52,851 bases of DNA from Octopus sinensis (GCF_006345805.1 NW_021833910.1:1-52851); one strand, 5' to 3'; counted from the stretch's first letter, positions 38,807 to 50,732 are shown. Translations and numbers: made by a program. The notes: generated by a model not told the origin, from the sequence alone.

Positions 38807-38808
38807 TA
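38290..38808. repeat. ~159-bp tandem triplication of the transposon right end, giving four right-TIR copies
   Basis: gg(c/t)ggactatact(c/t)gaggattta(c/t)(a/g)gta at about 38420, 38580, 38738 and 38780. Confidence 0.85.
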
Positions 38809-39296
38809 AGTATTATGTCTAACAGAATAATCTGAATGCTAAAGAGTAAAGCTTTATGCCCAGCAAAAAGCATTACTCTTTACTCTTTACTCTTTACTCT
38901 TTTGCCCAGCATGGTAACGATTCTGCCAGCTTGCCGCCTTAAGTGTTTGCAAAACATCTCAGAACATCTACCAAACAAATATTCCTTTTAGTACACATTC
39001 ACTGATACACAAGGTTAACAATTATTATCTATAACACAGCAGCCATTCTCTTTACAGACCTATCCGTCTTCCTTTCTGCAGAAACATAACCGTTGATACC
39101 AACACCATTACAATTTGAATATATCTTCTGATAACGAGGTTTATGTATCTTTTTCTTATATTTAATCAATATATTGATAATAAAAAAACAAACTTTTGTT
39201 ACTAAAATTTGAACAAAAACCATCTACAGCCATCTTTATTTTGGCACATTAACTTCCCAAATAACCAATCCCATTAGACAACATAAACATCTTCAC

Positions 39297-39332
<36 letters not shown>

Positions 39333-39769
39333 CATTAAACTATAATATTTATTATTATCAAGAGTATTATTAATAGTATCATCATTATTATTAATACTAT
39401 TATTATTTTTTCGTCCCCTTAAATTAATTCCATTTTAAACACAGACATTAATTATTCATATATTAATATTAATGATTTGAATTCCATTTTCATTAAGAAA
39501 AACGAAAAAAAAAATAAAGAATTTTCTGAATCAATTTTTCATAATAAATATCAAATTATGTTTAATTGCCTTGTATTTTAATTTATTTTATTCCACATAG
39601 ACAGCAGGTATCCTATCATCACCACCTCTACCACCACTTTAGCCATCGCCATCACCTTCACCATTTTAGCCATCATCATCACCATCATGATCAGCACTGG
39701 GGTTGATGTAATCGATAAGATCCTTCCTCCAAATTTCAGGCCGTGTTCCCATAGTAGAAGGGATTCATC

Positions 39770-41150
39770 ATCATCATCATCATCATTTAACGTCCGCTTT
39801 CCATGCTAGCATGGGTTGGACGATTTGACTGAGGACTGGCGAACCAGATGGCTGCACCAGGCTCCAATCTTGATCTGGCAGAGTTTCTACAGCTAGATGC
39901 CCTTTCTAATGCTAGCATGGGTTGGACAATTTTGACTGAGGACTGGTGAACCAGATGGTTGCACCAGGCTCCAATCTTGATCTGGCAGAGTTTCTATAGC
40001 TGGATGCCCTTCCTAATGCTAGCATAGGTTGGACGATTTTGACTGAGGACTGGCGAACCAGATGGCTGCACCAGGCTCCAATCTTGATCTGGCAGAGTTT
40101 CTATAGCTGGATGCCCTTCCTAATGCTAGCATGGGTTGGACAATTTTGACTGAGGACTGGCGAACCAGATGGCTGCACCAGGCTCCAATCTTGATCTGGC
40201 AGAGTTTCTATAGCTGGATGCCCTTTCTAATGCTAGCATGGGTTGGACGATTTTGACTGAGGGCTGGCGAACCAGGAGACTGCACCAGGCTCCAATCTTG
40301 ATCTGGCAGAGTTTCTAGAGCTGGATGCCCTTCCTAATGCTAGCATGGGTTGGACGATTTTGACTGAGGACTGGCGAACCAGATGGCTGCACCAGGCTCC
40401 AATCTTGATCTGGCAGAGTTTCTATAGCTGGATGCCCTTCCTAATGCTAGCATGGGTTGGACAATTTTGACTGAGGACTGGCGAACCAGATGGCTGCACC
40501 AGGCTCCAATCTTGATCTGGCAGAGTTTCTATAGCTTGATGCCCTTCCTAATGCTAGCATGGGTTGGACGATTTTGACTGAGGGCTGGCGAACCAGGAGG
40601 CTGCACCAGGCTCCAATCTTGATCTGGCAGAGTTTCTATAGCTGGATGCCCTTCCTAATGCTAGCATGGGTTGGACGATTTTGACTGAGGACTGGCAAAC
40701 CAGATGGCTGCACCAGGCTCCAATCTTGATCTGGCAGAGTTTCTATAGCTGGATGCCCTTCCTAATGCTAACATGGGTTGGACGATTTTGACTGAGGACT
40801 GGCAAACCAGGAGGCTGCACCAGGCTCCAATCTTGATCTGGCAGAGTTTCTACAGCTTGATGCCCTTTCTAATGCTAGCATGGGTTGGACGATTTTGACT
40901 GAGGACTGGCAAACCAGGAGGCTGCACCAAGCTCCAATCTTGATCTGGCAGAGTTTCTACAGCTGGATGCCCTTCCTAATGCCAACCATTCCAAGAGTGT
41001 AGTGGGTGCTTTTTACATGCCACCGGCATGGGGGCCAGTCTGGTAGTACTGGCAACAACCTCGCTCGAATCCTTTTACATATGCCACTGGCACAGATGCC
41101 AGTAAGGCGACGTTGGTAACGATCATGCTCGAATGGTGCCCTTTTACGTG
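39770..41150 (-). mobile_element. Family C retroposon containing 11 tandem copies of a 107-bp segment
   Basis: gctagcatgggttgg recurs at 39805, 39911, 40018 and onward to 40980. The element then resumes with gccaaccattcc…gtgggtgctttttac. Confidence 0.9.
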
Positions 41151-41159
41151 CCACTGTGC

Positions 41160-41310
41160 CGGTGGCATGTTAGGAAGGGCATCCAGCCGTAGAAACACTG
41201 CGAGATCAGACAGGAGCCTGGTGCAGCCTCCTGGCTTCCCAGACCCTGGTCAAACTGTCCAACCCATGCTAGCACAGAAAACGGACGTTAAACTATGATG
41301 ATGATGATCT
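41160..41310 (+). mobile_element. Family C retroposon 3' end, opposite orientation to its neighbour
   Basis: ttaggaagggcatccagccgtagaaacac…ggacgttaaactatgatgatgatg. Confidence 0.85.
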
Positions 41311-41324
41311 CATTCGTGACCTGT

Positions 41325-41700
41325 CCCTAGGTCCCCTGCCTGTCAGGGAGGTACAGTCCTCAAGCGCTTTTTCCAGTGTTGTCTATCTGATGCAATCATC
41401 TTTAGATTTTTCCAGCTGAATTCCCAAGCATGACCATCCAAGACTATGGACATTATCCAACCATCTCATTCTTGGCCAGCCCCTAGGCCCCTTGCCTGTC
41501 ATGGGATTAGAGTCCTCAGGCACTTCCCCCATTGGGTCCGATCAGAAGCAATTGTCATTAGACTTTTCAGCAGGGTTACCAAGCATGGTCAACAGAGACC
41601 TATGGATGTTATCCAGCCATCTCATTTATGGCCTACCCCTAGGTCCCCTGTTGGTTGGATCAGTTTGAAGAATCTGTCTTGCGATTCTTTCTTGCAAGGC
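41325..41700 (-). mobile_element. Degenerate LINE (RTE/L2-type) ORF2 C-terminus, repeated about 2.5 times (~155 bp)
   Basis: Minus-strand translation LQERIARQILQTDPTNRGPRGRP*MRWLDNIH matches the R-x-x-GRP-x-x-RW-x-D C-terminal motif of such LINEs. cctagg(t/c)ccc(c/t)tg recurs three times. Confidence 0.55.
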
Positions 41701-41812
41701 AGCGATGAGAACTAGTGTTGTGAAGACCGAGACACTGCTCCTCTCAAGAAAGTCTTCCGGGTCTACTCTGCATGTTCATACTGATCTCATCATCATCATA
41801 ATTTGGTGGAAG

Positions 41813-42191
41813 CACTCCGTCGGTTACGACGATGAGGGTTCGGTTGATCCGAATCAACGGAACAGCCTGCTCGTGAAATTAACGTGTAAGTGGCTGAGCA
41901 CTCCACAGACACGTGCACCCGTAACGTAGTTCTCGGGGATATTCAGCGTGACACAGAGAGTGACAAGGCCGGCCCCTTGAAACACAGGTACAACAGAAAC
42001 AGGAAGTAAGAGTGAGAGAAAGTTGTGGTGAAAGAGTACAGCAGGGATCACCATCATCCCCTGCCGGAGCCTCGTGGAGCTTTTAGGTGTTTTCGCTCAA
42101 TAAACACTCACAACGCCCGGTCTGGGAATCGAAACCGCGATCCTATGACCGCGAGTCCGCTGCCCTGACCACTGGGCCATTGCGCCTCCAC
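41813..42191 (-). mobile_element. tRNA-derived SINE, family E
   Basis: Minus-strand head gtggaggcgcaaTGGCCCAGTGGtcagggcagcggactcgcggtcataggatcgcGGTTTCGATTCCcagacc has clear A and B boxes. Confidence 0.85.
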
Positions 42192-42892
42192 TATCATAAT
42201 TTACATGTCTGATAACAACCTACCTGAAATTGCCCTTGGCTTTAAGACAAAAACTTCCTACTTTAAATTGATCAAGATTAAAATTTTTCTATCAAAATTT
42301 CAATTTAATCTAAGTTCCAAACATCAACTAAATAAAGACAAAAGTTATTCTAATAAATTCTTCATTATTTTCGAGAATAATTGAAACAAAGCTAATATTT
42401 TTCTAGAGAAATCAAGAAAGAAAAGGGTTTTAAAATAGGAACCACGTTACTCAATAAGGAAAGTTCTATGTCGCCAATAGTTACTTCTCCCTCTCTTCAA
42501 ATTCTTTATTGTCTTCATTTTTTTTTTATATCAACCCATATATGACCACCCCCGCTGCTAAGATGCAAACTTCCTGTTTTTAACTCGATCTATATTAAAA
42601 CCATCTTCCAGCAAAATTTCATGGCACTCTTTTACTCTTTTACTCTTTTACTCTTTTAGTTGTTTCAGTCATTTGGCTGCGGCCATGCTGGAGCACCACC
42701 TTTAGTCGAGCAATTCGACCCCAGGACTTATTCTTTGTAAGCCTAGTACTTATTCTATCGGTCTCTTTTGCCGAACCACTAAGTTACGGGGATGTAAACA
42801 CACCAGCATCGGTTGTCAAGCGATGTTGGGGGGGACAAACACAGATACATAAACATACACACACACACACACAAACATATTATATATATTAT

Positions 42893-45108
42893 ATATATAA
42901 GGGCTTAGTAAAATAAATTACTTTGCCACATACTGAACTCATTAGAAATAGCAGCTAAAGAAATTTCTTCAGCTATTTCTAATACTTAAAGAAGATCTCT
43001 CTCAGATAGTGGTTTGCCTAAACTAACTCACAAAAGTGGGGGAAAAAACATTAAAAAATCAAGTGCAAAGGTTATTTGAGAACGTACGTTTCTAGATTAG
43101 TCAATTCGACATTTCTTTCTTCAGCTCAGAATTCCTTGAATCGGATTTGGAACACTTAAAGTCGGGAGCATACCCTTCGGCTTCTAATCACCCATAGAAT
43201 TCTGCTCGAACTAAAAGTGCTATCAAATTCGAATATGCAAGCGAAGAATTTCTGCTTCTCCCCTTTCCACCAGCGTGGTTAAAATTGACAAACACCATGT
43301 ATTAACAGTGAAAACCGCAGAATTTAGCAAAGAGAGATGAATTATAATTTCAACAATTGAGGGTAAAATTAATTAATTATTAATCAGTTTCACCAAGTGT
43401 TCAGTATGTAAAGGGACCATTATAGGCGAATTCAAAATATTACATATATATAAGGGCTTAGTAAAATAAATTACTTTGCCACATACTGAACTCATTAGAA
43501 TAGCAGCTAAAGAAATTTCTTCAGCTATTTCTATACTAAAGAAGATCTCTCTCAGATAGTGTTTGCCTAAACTAACTCACAAAAGTATGGGGGAAAAAAC
43601 ATTAAAAAATCAAGTGCAAAGGTTATTTGAGAACGTACGTTTCTAGATTAGTCAATTCGACATTTCTTTCTTTCTTCAGCTCAATTCCTGAATCGGATTT
43701 GGGAACACTTAAAGTCGGGAGCATACCCTTTCGGCTTCTAATCACCCATAGAATTCTGCTCGAACTAAAAGTGCTATCAAATTCGAATATGCAGAGAGAT
43801 CTTCTTTAAGTATTAGAAATAGCTGAAGAAATTTCTTTAGCTGCTATTTCTAATGAGTTCAGTATGTGGCAAAGTAATTTATTTTACTAAGCCCTTATAT
43901 ATAATGTAATACTTTGAATTCGCCTATAATGGTCCCTTTACATACTGAACACTTGGTGAAACTGATTATAATTAATTAATTTTACCCTCAATTGTTGAAA
44001 TTATAATTCATCTCTCTTTGAAATTCTGCGGTTTTCACTGTTAATACATGGTGTTTGTCAATTTTAACCCACGCTGGTGGAAAGGGGAGAGCAGAAATTC
44101 TTCGCTTGCATATTCGAATTTGATAGCACTTTTAGTTCGAGCAGAATCTATGGGTGATTAGAAGCCGAAAGGGTATGCTCCCGACTTTAAGTGTTCCCAA
44201 ATCCGATTCAAGGAATTCTGAGCTGAAGAAAGAAATGTCGAATTGACTAATCTAGAAACGTACGTTCTCAAATAACCTTTGCACTTGATTTTTTAATGTT
44301 TTTTCCCCCATACTTTTGTGAGTTAGTTTAGGCAAACACTATCTGAGAGAGATCTTCTTTATATTAGAAATAGCTAAGAAATTTCTTTAGCTGCTATTTC
44401 TAATGAGTTCAGTATGTGGCAAAGTAATTTATTTTACTAAGCCCTTATATATAATGTAATATTTTGAATTCGCCTATAATGGTCCCTTTACATACTGAAC
44501 ACTTGGTGAAACTGATTAATAATTAATTAATTTTACCCTCAATTGTTGAAATTATAATTCATCTCTCTTTGCTAAATTCTGCGGTTTTCACTGTTAATAC
44601 ATGGTGTTTGTCAATTTTAACCCACGCTGGTGGAAAGGGGAGAGCAGAAATTCTTCGCTTGCATATTCGAATTTGATAGCACTTTTAGTTCGAGCAGAAT
44701 TCTATGGGTGATTAGAAGCCGAAAGGGTATGCTCCCGACTTTAAGTGTTCCCAAATCCGATTCAAGGAATTCTGAGCTGAAGAACGAAATGTCGAATTGA
44801 CTAATCTAGAAACGTACGTTCTCAAATAACCTTTGCACTTGATTTTTTAATGTTTTTTTCCCCCATACTTTTGTGAGTTAGTTTAGGCAAACACTATCTG
44901 AGAGAGATCTTCTTTAAGTATTAGAAATAGCTGAAGAAATTTCTTTAGCTGCTATTTCTAATGAGTTCAGTATGGGCAAAGTAATTTATTTTACTAAGCC
45001 CTTATATATAATGTAATATTTTGAATTCGCCTATAATGGTCCCTTTACATACTGAACACTTGTGAAACTGATTAATAATTAATTAATTTTACCCTCAATT
45101 GTTGAAAA
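42893..45108. repeat. ~550-bp tandem repeat (family P3) with an orientation switch at about 43794
   Basis: About 1.6 forward units (42893-43793), then about 2.4 reverse-complement units (43794-45108). Period 554 bp between the motifs at 44219 and 44773. Confidence 0.9.
44219..44270 (+). ncRNA. Candidate type I hammerhead ribozyme in the P3 unit (other copies: 44773-44824 +, 43077-43128 -, 43628-43683 -)
   Basis: UGAG-CUGAAGA-[aAGAaauGUCgaauuGACuaaUCUa]-GAAA-CGUACG-U-U-CUCA. Canonical core, stem I UGAG/CUCA, palindromic stem III ACGUACGU, imperfect stem II. Confidence 0.5.
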
Positions 45109-45132
45109 TATATATATATATATATATATATA

Positions 45133-45330
45133 TAACGGGAAGGTTTACGAAAATAAACAAAAGACGAAGACAGGTGGAGTACAAACAAACAAATGTATTA
45201 GTATAGAGCTCAGGAATAGAAATAGAAGTCTTTTACGTTTCGAGCCTATGCTCTTCTACAGAAAGATACACAGAAAAGAAACAAGGAGAGAAAAAAATGT
45301 GTGTAGGAGCTAATGATCTATCATGGCGTC
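45133..45330 (-). mobile_element. Second copy of Penelope-like repeat family P1
   Basis: Colinear with 1498-1703 and flanked by TA arrays. Confidence 0.6.
45229..45266 (-). ncRNA. Candidate minimal hammerhead ribozyme (core CUGUAGA)
   Basis: UCUUU-CUGUAGA-A-GAGC(AUAG)GCUC-GAAA-CG-U-A-AAAGA. Confidence 0.55.
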
Positions 45331-45876
45331 CTGATATATACATATATATAATGGACTTCTTTCAGTTTCCATCTACCAAATCCACTCACAAGGTTTGGTC
45401 GGCCCGAGGCTATAGTAGAAGACACTTGCCCAAAGTGCCACGCAGTGGGACTGAACCCGGATCCATGTGGTTGGTAAGCGAGCTACTTACCACACAGCCA
45501 CTCCTGGTAATTCATGTTCCAAAACACCATCTTAATAACGACGAAATATTTTTATTAAATTCTCCATAACTTTCGAAACAAATTAAAACAAAAATCTGGC
45601 AAGGAAACAGTTTCAAAATAGGAACTGTATTATTAAGTAACGAAAGCTCTGTTTTGCCAATAGTCACATCTCCTTCACTTCGAATTCCTTAACGTCTTAA
45701 TCTCTTTTGATACCAACCCACATGTGACCACTCCTACTTCTATGATGCAAAACCATCTCCCATCAAAATTTCATGCTAATTCATATCATGAAACACCGTC
45801 TTAATAACGACGAAATATTTTTATTAAACAATGATAAATCTCAGAGCGAGTTATAAACAGTAGCGGTAACAAATTG

Positions 45877-46043
45877 TGACGCATATTTGCCATTTGAATA
45901 TGGCTCACCCATAAGGGTGGATGCTACTGTAGACACAGGTACTGTGTCTATAGCCAGCCGGAGGAGATATCTTCCTGGGGCTACAAACTACAGTAGCATC
46001 CACGCTTATGGGTGAGCCATATTCAAATGGCAAATATGCGTCA
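45877..46043. mobile_element. 167-bp foldback MITE-like element
   Basis: About 56-bp TIRs with one mismatch (tgacgcatatttgccatttgaatatggctcacccataag[g/c]gtggatgctactgtag). Confidence 0.75.
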
Positions 46044-46354
46044 TGATATTTTTATTAAATTCTTCGTAATTTTCTAAAGTGAAATTAAGGTAGGGCATTT
46101 TAATAGAAACACTCTGACAAAAGAACTAATCTCAAACCAGACAGCCAACCTAGATATACAAAGAAATAGATTTAATAATTTCTGAGATTGGTGGGAGTAA
46201 GAAAGAAAAAAAATCATACTTGAGAATAATGAGAAACAAGACAGCAAGATATTACGTAAAACCCTTTTGATACCAAAACAAAAACAAATAAAAAACCCCA
46301 AGCTTGGTATTGCCTTTAGTTCTATGATACAAATTCCATATTTAACCCTTTACC

Positions 46355-47876
46355 TATTTCTTTACTACCCACAAGGGGCTAAACACAGAGGGGACAAACA
46401 AGGACAGACAAAGGAATTAAGTCGATTATATCGACCCCAGTGCGTAACTGGTACTTATTTAATTGACCCCGAAAGGATGAAAGGCAAAGTAGACCTCGGC
46501 GGAATTTGAACTCAGAACGTAGCGGCAGACGAAATACCTATTTCTTTACTACCCGCAAGGGGCTAAACCACAGAGGGGACAAACAAGGACAGACAACGGA
46601 TTAAGTTATTATATCGACCCCAGTGCGTAACTGGTACTTATTTAATTGACCCCGAAAGGATGAAAGGCAAAGTAGACCTCGGCGGAATTTGAACTCAGAA
46701 CGTAGCGGCAGACGAAATACCTATTCTTTACTACCCGCAAGGGGGCTAAAACCAGAGGGGACAAACAAGGACAGACAAACGGATTAAGTCTATTATATCG
46801 ACCCCAGTGCGTAACTGGTACTTATTTAATTGACCCCGAAAGGATGAAAGGCAAAGTAGACCTCGGCGGAATTTGAACTCAGAACGTAGCGGCAGACGAA
46901 ATACCTATTTCTTTACTACCCGCAAGGGGCTAAACACAGAGGGGACAAACAAGGACAGACAAACGGATTAAGTCTATTATATCGACCCCAGTGCGTAACT
47001 GGTACTTATTTAATCGACCCCTGAAGGATGAAAGGCAAAGTCGACCTCGGTGGAATTTGAACTCAGAACGTAGCAGCAGACGAGATACCTATTTCTTTAC
47101 TACCCACAAGGGGCTAAACACAGAGGGGACAAACAAGGACAGACAAACGGATTAAGTCGATTATATCGACCCCAGTGCATAACTGGTACTTATGTAATCG
47201 ACTCCTGAAGGATGAAAGGCAAAGTCAACCTCGGCGGAATTTGAACTCAGAACGTAACGGCAGAGGAAATACCTATTTCTTTACTACCCGCAAGGGGCTA
47301 AACACAGAGGGGACAAACAAGGACAGACAAACGGATTAAGTCGATTATATCGACCCCAGTGCATAACTGGTACTTATTTAATCGACCCCTGAAGGATGAA
47401 AGGCAAAGCTGACCTTGGTGGAATTTGAACTCAAGACATAGCAGCAGACGAAATACCTATTTCTTTACTACACACAAGGGGCTAAACACAGAGGAGACAA
47501 ACAAGGACAGACAAAGGGATTAGGTCGATTACATCGACCCCAGTGCGTAACTGGTACTTATTTAATCAACCTCTGAAGGATGAAAGGCAAAGTCGACCTC
47601 GGTGGAATTTGAACTCAGAACGTAACGGCAGACGAAATACCTATTTTTTTACTACCCGCAAGGGGCTAAACACAGAGGGGACAAACAAGCACAGGCAAAC
47701 GGATTAAGTCGATTATATCGCCCCCAGTGTGTATCTGGTGCTTTATTTATCGGCTCCTGAAGGATGAAAGGCAAAGTCGACCTCGGCGGAATTTGAACTC
47801 AGAACGTAGCAGCAGACAAAATACCGCTAAGCATTTCACCCGGCGGGCTAACGTTTCCGCCAGCTCGCCCCCTTAA
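46355..47876 (-). mobile_element. SINE family A with 8 tandem copies of its 3' 184 bp
   Basis: tatttctttactaccc recurs at 46355, 46539 and onward about every 184 bp. A single 5' head lies at 47825-47876. Confidence 0.92.
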
Positions 47877-48254
47877 TTTATATTTAACCTTTTACCATTA
47901 ACATTTAGACCAGACACACTCAGCCCTAATATTCTGCTTTGTTTTACATTCAAACTGGTCTGATCTAGCTTCTCACACCTACCCTACAATGTCGTTCTAA
48001 AAACAGACAATCAATTTAGTCAGTAAGGGAGCATCTGTGTGGCCAGCAGAGTTATGATAACAAAGGAGTAAACTTCAAGTCAGACAGACAATCTAAAGAT
48101 ATTTAAACCTATTGAATAGCTCCTGAGATTGGAAGGAATAAAGGAGCGGGAGGTGGGCAAGAAACTTAAGGCAACCAGACATTGAATTCATCTCACACCT
48201 AACAGCCAATCCCAATACAAAGACCCCCTTCGGTCATGAATGACCATGGGTTTC

Positions 48255-48922
48255 AAAACAAAAGGGGTTCTTCCCTGAGGATAATGCTCAACCACATACA
48301 GCAAGGACGACATTCCAAAGGCTGGAGCAGTTTCGATGGGAAAAAAATGTCCCACCCACCATATTCGTTGGACATTGCCCCATCTGATTATCATTTATTC
48401 TGCAGTCTTCAAAATCATTTCGATAGAGAAAATATGAATTCTGTAGATGAGGTCGGAACTGTACTGGAGGAATATTTTTCACCACAGACAGCCTGGCCTC
48501 CGTGCCGGTGGCAGGTAAAAAGCACCATCCGACCGTGGCCGTTTACCAGCCTCGTCTGGCACCTGTGCCAGTGGCATGTAAAAGGCACCCACTACACCCA
48601 TGGAGTGGTTGGCGTTAGGAAGGGCATCCAGCCGTAGAAACATTGCCAGATCAGACTGGGCTTGGTGCAGCCTTCTGGCTTCCCAGACCCCAGTTGCACC
48701 GTCCAACACATGCCAGCATGGAAAGCGGACGCTAAACGATGAAGAGATGATGATGATAAGTGAATTTTGGAAGAGTGATGTTGCAAGTCTACCAGATTGA
48801 TGGAAAAGCATTGTAGAAAATGAAGGAGAGTATATTTTAGATCAAAAGTGAACTTTGTTTATCTTAATTTTGAAAAATAAAAGAAGTACAAAAAAAACCA
48901 TTTATTTGTGGGATGACCAAAT
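48255..48922 (+). mobile_element. Mariner (DD34D-type) transposase C-terminal remnant and right end, interrupted by a family C element
   Basis: EDNAQPHTAR, then after a frameshift MSHPPYSLDIAPSDYHLFCSLQN. Resumes after 48757 as SEFWKSDVASLPD*WKSIVENEGEYI. Confidence 0.85.
48489..48757 (+). mobile_element. Family C retroposon 3' end nested in the mariner remnant
   Basis: Family C body ending gctaaacgatgaagagatgatgatgat. Confidence 0.85.
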
Positions 48923-49088
48923 ACATATATACATACAACTTTCGTTTTTTATATGTTAGTCATTACGCTGTGGCCACGCTGGGGTATATCCTTTGGTTAA
49001 TTGTATATATACACACACACACACATATATATACATACATACATACATATATGTATATACACACAAATACATATATGGACACACATAC

Positions 49089-49119
<31 letters not shown>

Positions 49120-49295
49120 CACATATATATATATACATATATGTATATACACACACGTACATATATATACACATACATACATATACATAGTTAATCCAAA
49201 CAAGAAAGCACAAAAAAGCACAACAACGCGAGAACGTGGAACAAATATAGTATTAAATAGTATATATACACACATATGCAAATGTATACATATAT

Positions 49296-49535
49296 AAGCA
49301 CCAACCGATCGTGGCCGATGCCAGACCCCCCTGGCACCTGTGCAGGTGGCACGTAAAAAGCACCCGCTACGCTCGCGGAGTGGTTGGCGTTAGGAAGGGC
49401 ATCCAGCTGTAGAAACACTGCCAGATCACACTGGAGCCTGGTGCAGCTTCTGGCTTCCCAGATCCCCGGTCGAACCGTCCAACCCGTGCTAGCATGGAAA
49501 ACGGACGCTAAACGACGATGATGATGATAATGATG
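49296..49535 (+). mobile_element. Family C retroposon 3' end
   Basis: Homologous to 781-993, with (GAT)n tail. Confidence 0.85.
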
Positions 49536-49624
49536 ATACACACATACATACATATACATATATGTATATACACACACATACATATGTATACACACACATA
49601 TGTATACATACACACACACACATG

Positions 49625-50170
49625 CACATGTATACATATATATATACACACTCATACATATGTATACACACTCATACATATATATACACACTCATACATA
49701 TATATACACACTCATACATATGTATACACACTCATACATATGTATACACACTCATACATATATATACACACTCATACATATATATACACACTCATACATA
49801 TGTATACACACTCATACATATGTATACACACTCATACATATGTATACACACTCATACATATATATACACACTCATACATATGTATACACACTCATACATA
49901 GTATACCACTCAACATATGTATACACACTCATACAATCTAACACACTCATACATATGTATTACACACTCATACATATGATACACACTCATACATGTATAC
50001 ACACTATACATATGTATACACACTCAACATATGTATACACACTCATACATATGTATTACACCACTCATACATATTATACACACTCATACATAATATTACA
50101 CACTCATACATGTGTATACACACTCATACAGATACACACTCATAATATATTACACACTCATACATATTGT
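49625..50170. repeat. 20-bp minisatellite (tatacacactcatacata[t/g]), degrading rightwards
   Basis: Period 20 is visible at 49681-49880. Confidence 0.9.
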
Positions 50171-50584
50171 ATATTACACACACCACACAGACCATATACA
50201 TACATGCAATACACATACAGACACGCACAAACCCACATTGCCGTTATTCCATTCATATATAACGTTCCACACATTTTTCAATTCATCTCATATCACATCG
50301 TATTTTTCATTCACTTTTCTAAACATTTCTAAATCCATCAAAGACATTTTCACAACACCTGTTTTTTTCTTTTCTAAAGTTATTTGCCAGGTTCAGAATC
50401 AACTTAATATCGCTTAGCATATTGACTCACTGACTCGCGTTCGTCTTTCATCGTTATATACACAGTCATGTACAAAGGTATGGATGCTGTCTCTGTTTTT
50501 GTGTTGTGTGGGGGTGTATATATATATATATATATATATAATGGATACATACATGTATATATCGACAATCAGCTAGGCAGAAAA

Positions 50585-50615
50585 ACAGATGGATGGATGG
50601 ATGGATGGATGGATG

Positions 50616-50665
<50 letters not shown>

Positions 50666-50697
50666 TAGATAGATAGATAGATAGATAGATAGGTAGG

Positions 50698-50732
<35 letters not shown>

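Larger units (their letters stand above)
42628..45505 (-). mobile_element. SINE family B split by about 2.45 kb of insertions in its internal (TA)n
   Basis: 3' half at 42628-42890 and 5' half at about 45345-45505. Confidence 0.75.

Noticed and set aside
39029-39260. Possible host exon (64-aa minus-strand ORF in non-repetitive AT-rich DNA)
   Set aside because: No recognisable domain and no confident splice-site pair; it would need RNA-seq.
39805-40980. Hammerhead motif in the 107-bp unit (CTGAGGA followed by the hairpin CTGG-CGAA-CCAG)
   Set aside because: No GAAA follows stem II (atgg or gagg instead), and stems I and III cannot be formed.
44338-44405. Second hammerhead-like string CTGAGAGA…GAAATAG in the 550-bp unit
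   Set aside because: The core is not CUGANGA, the intervening sequence forms no stem II, and there is no stem I pairing.
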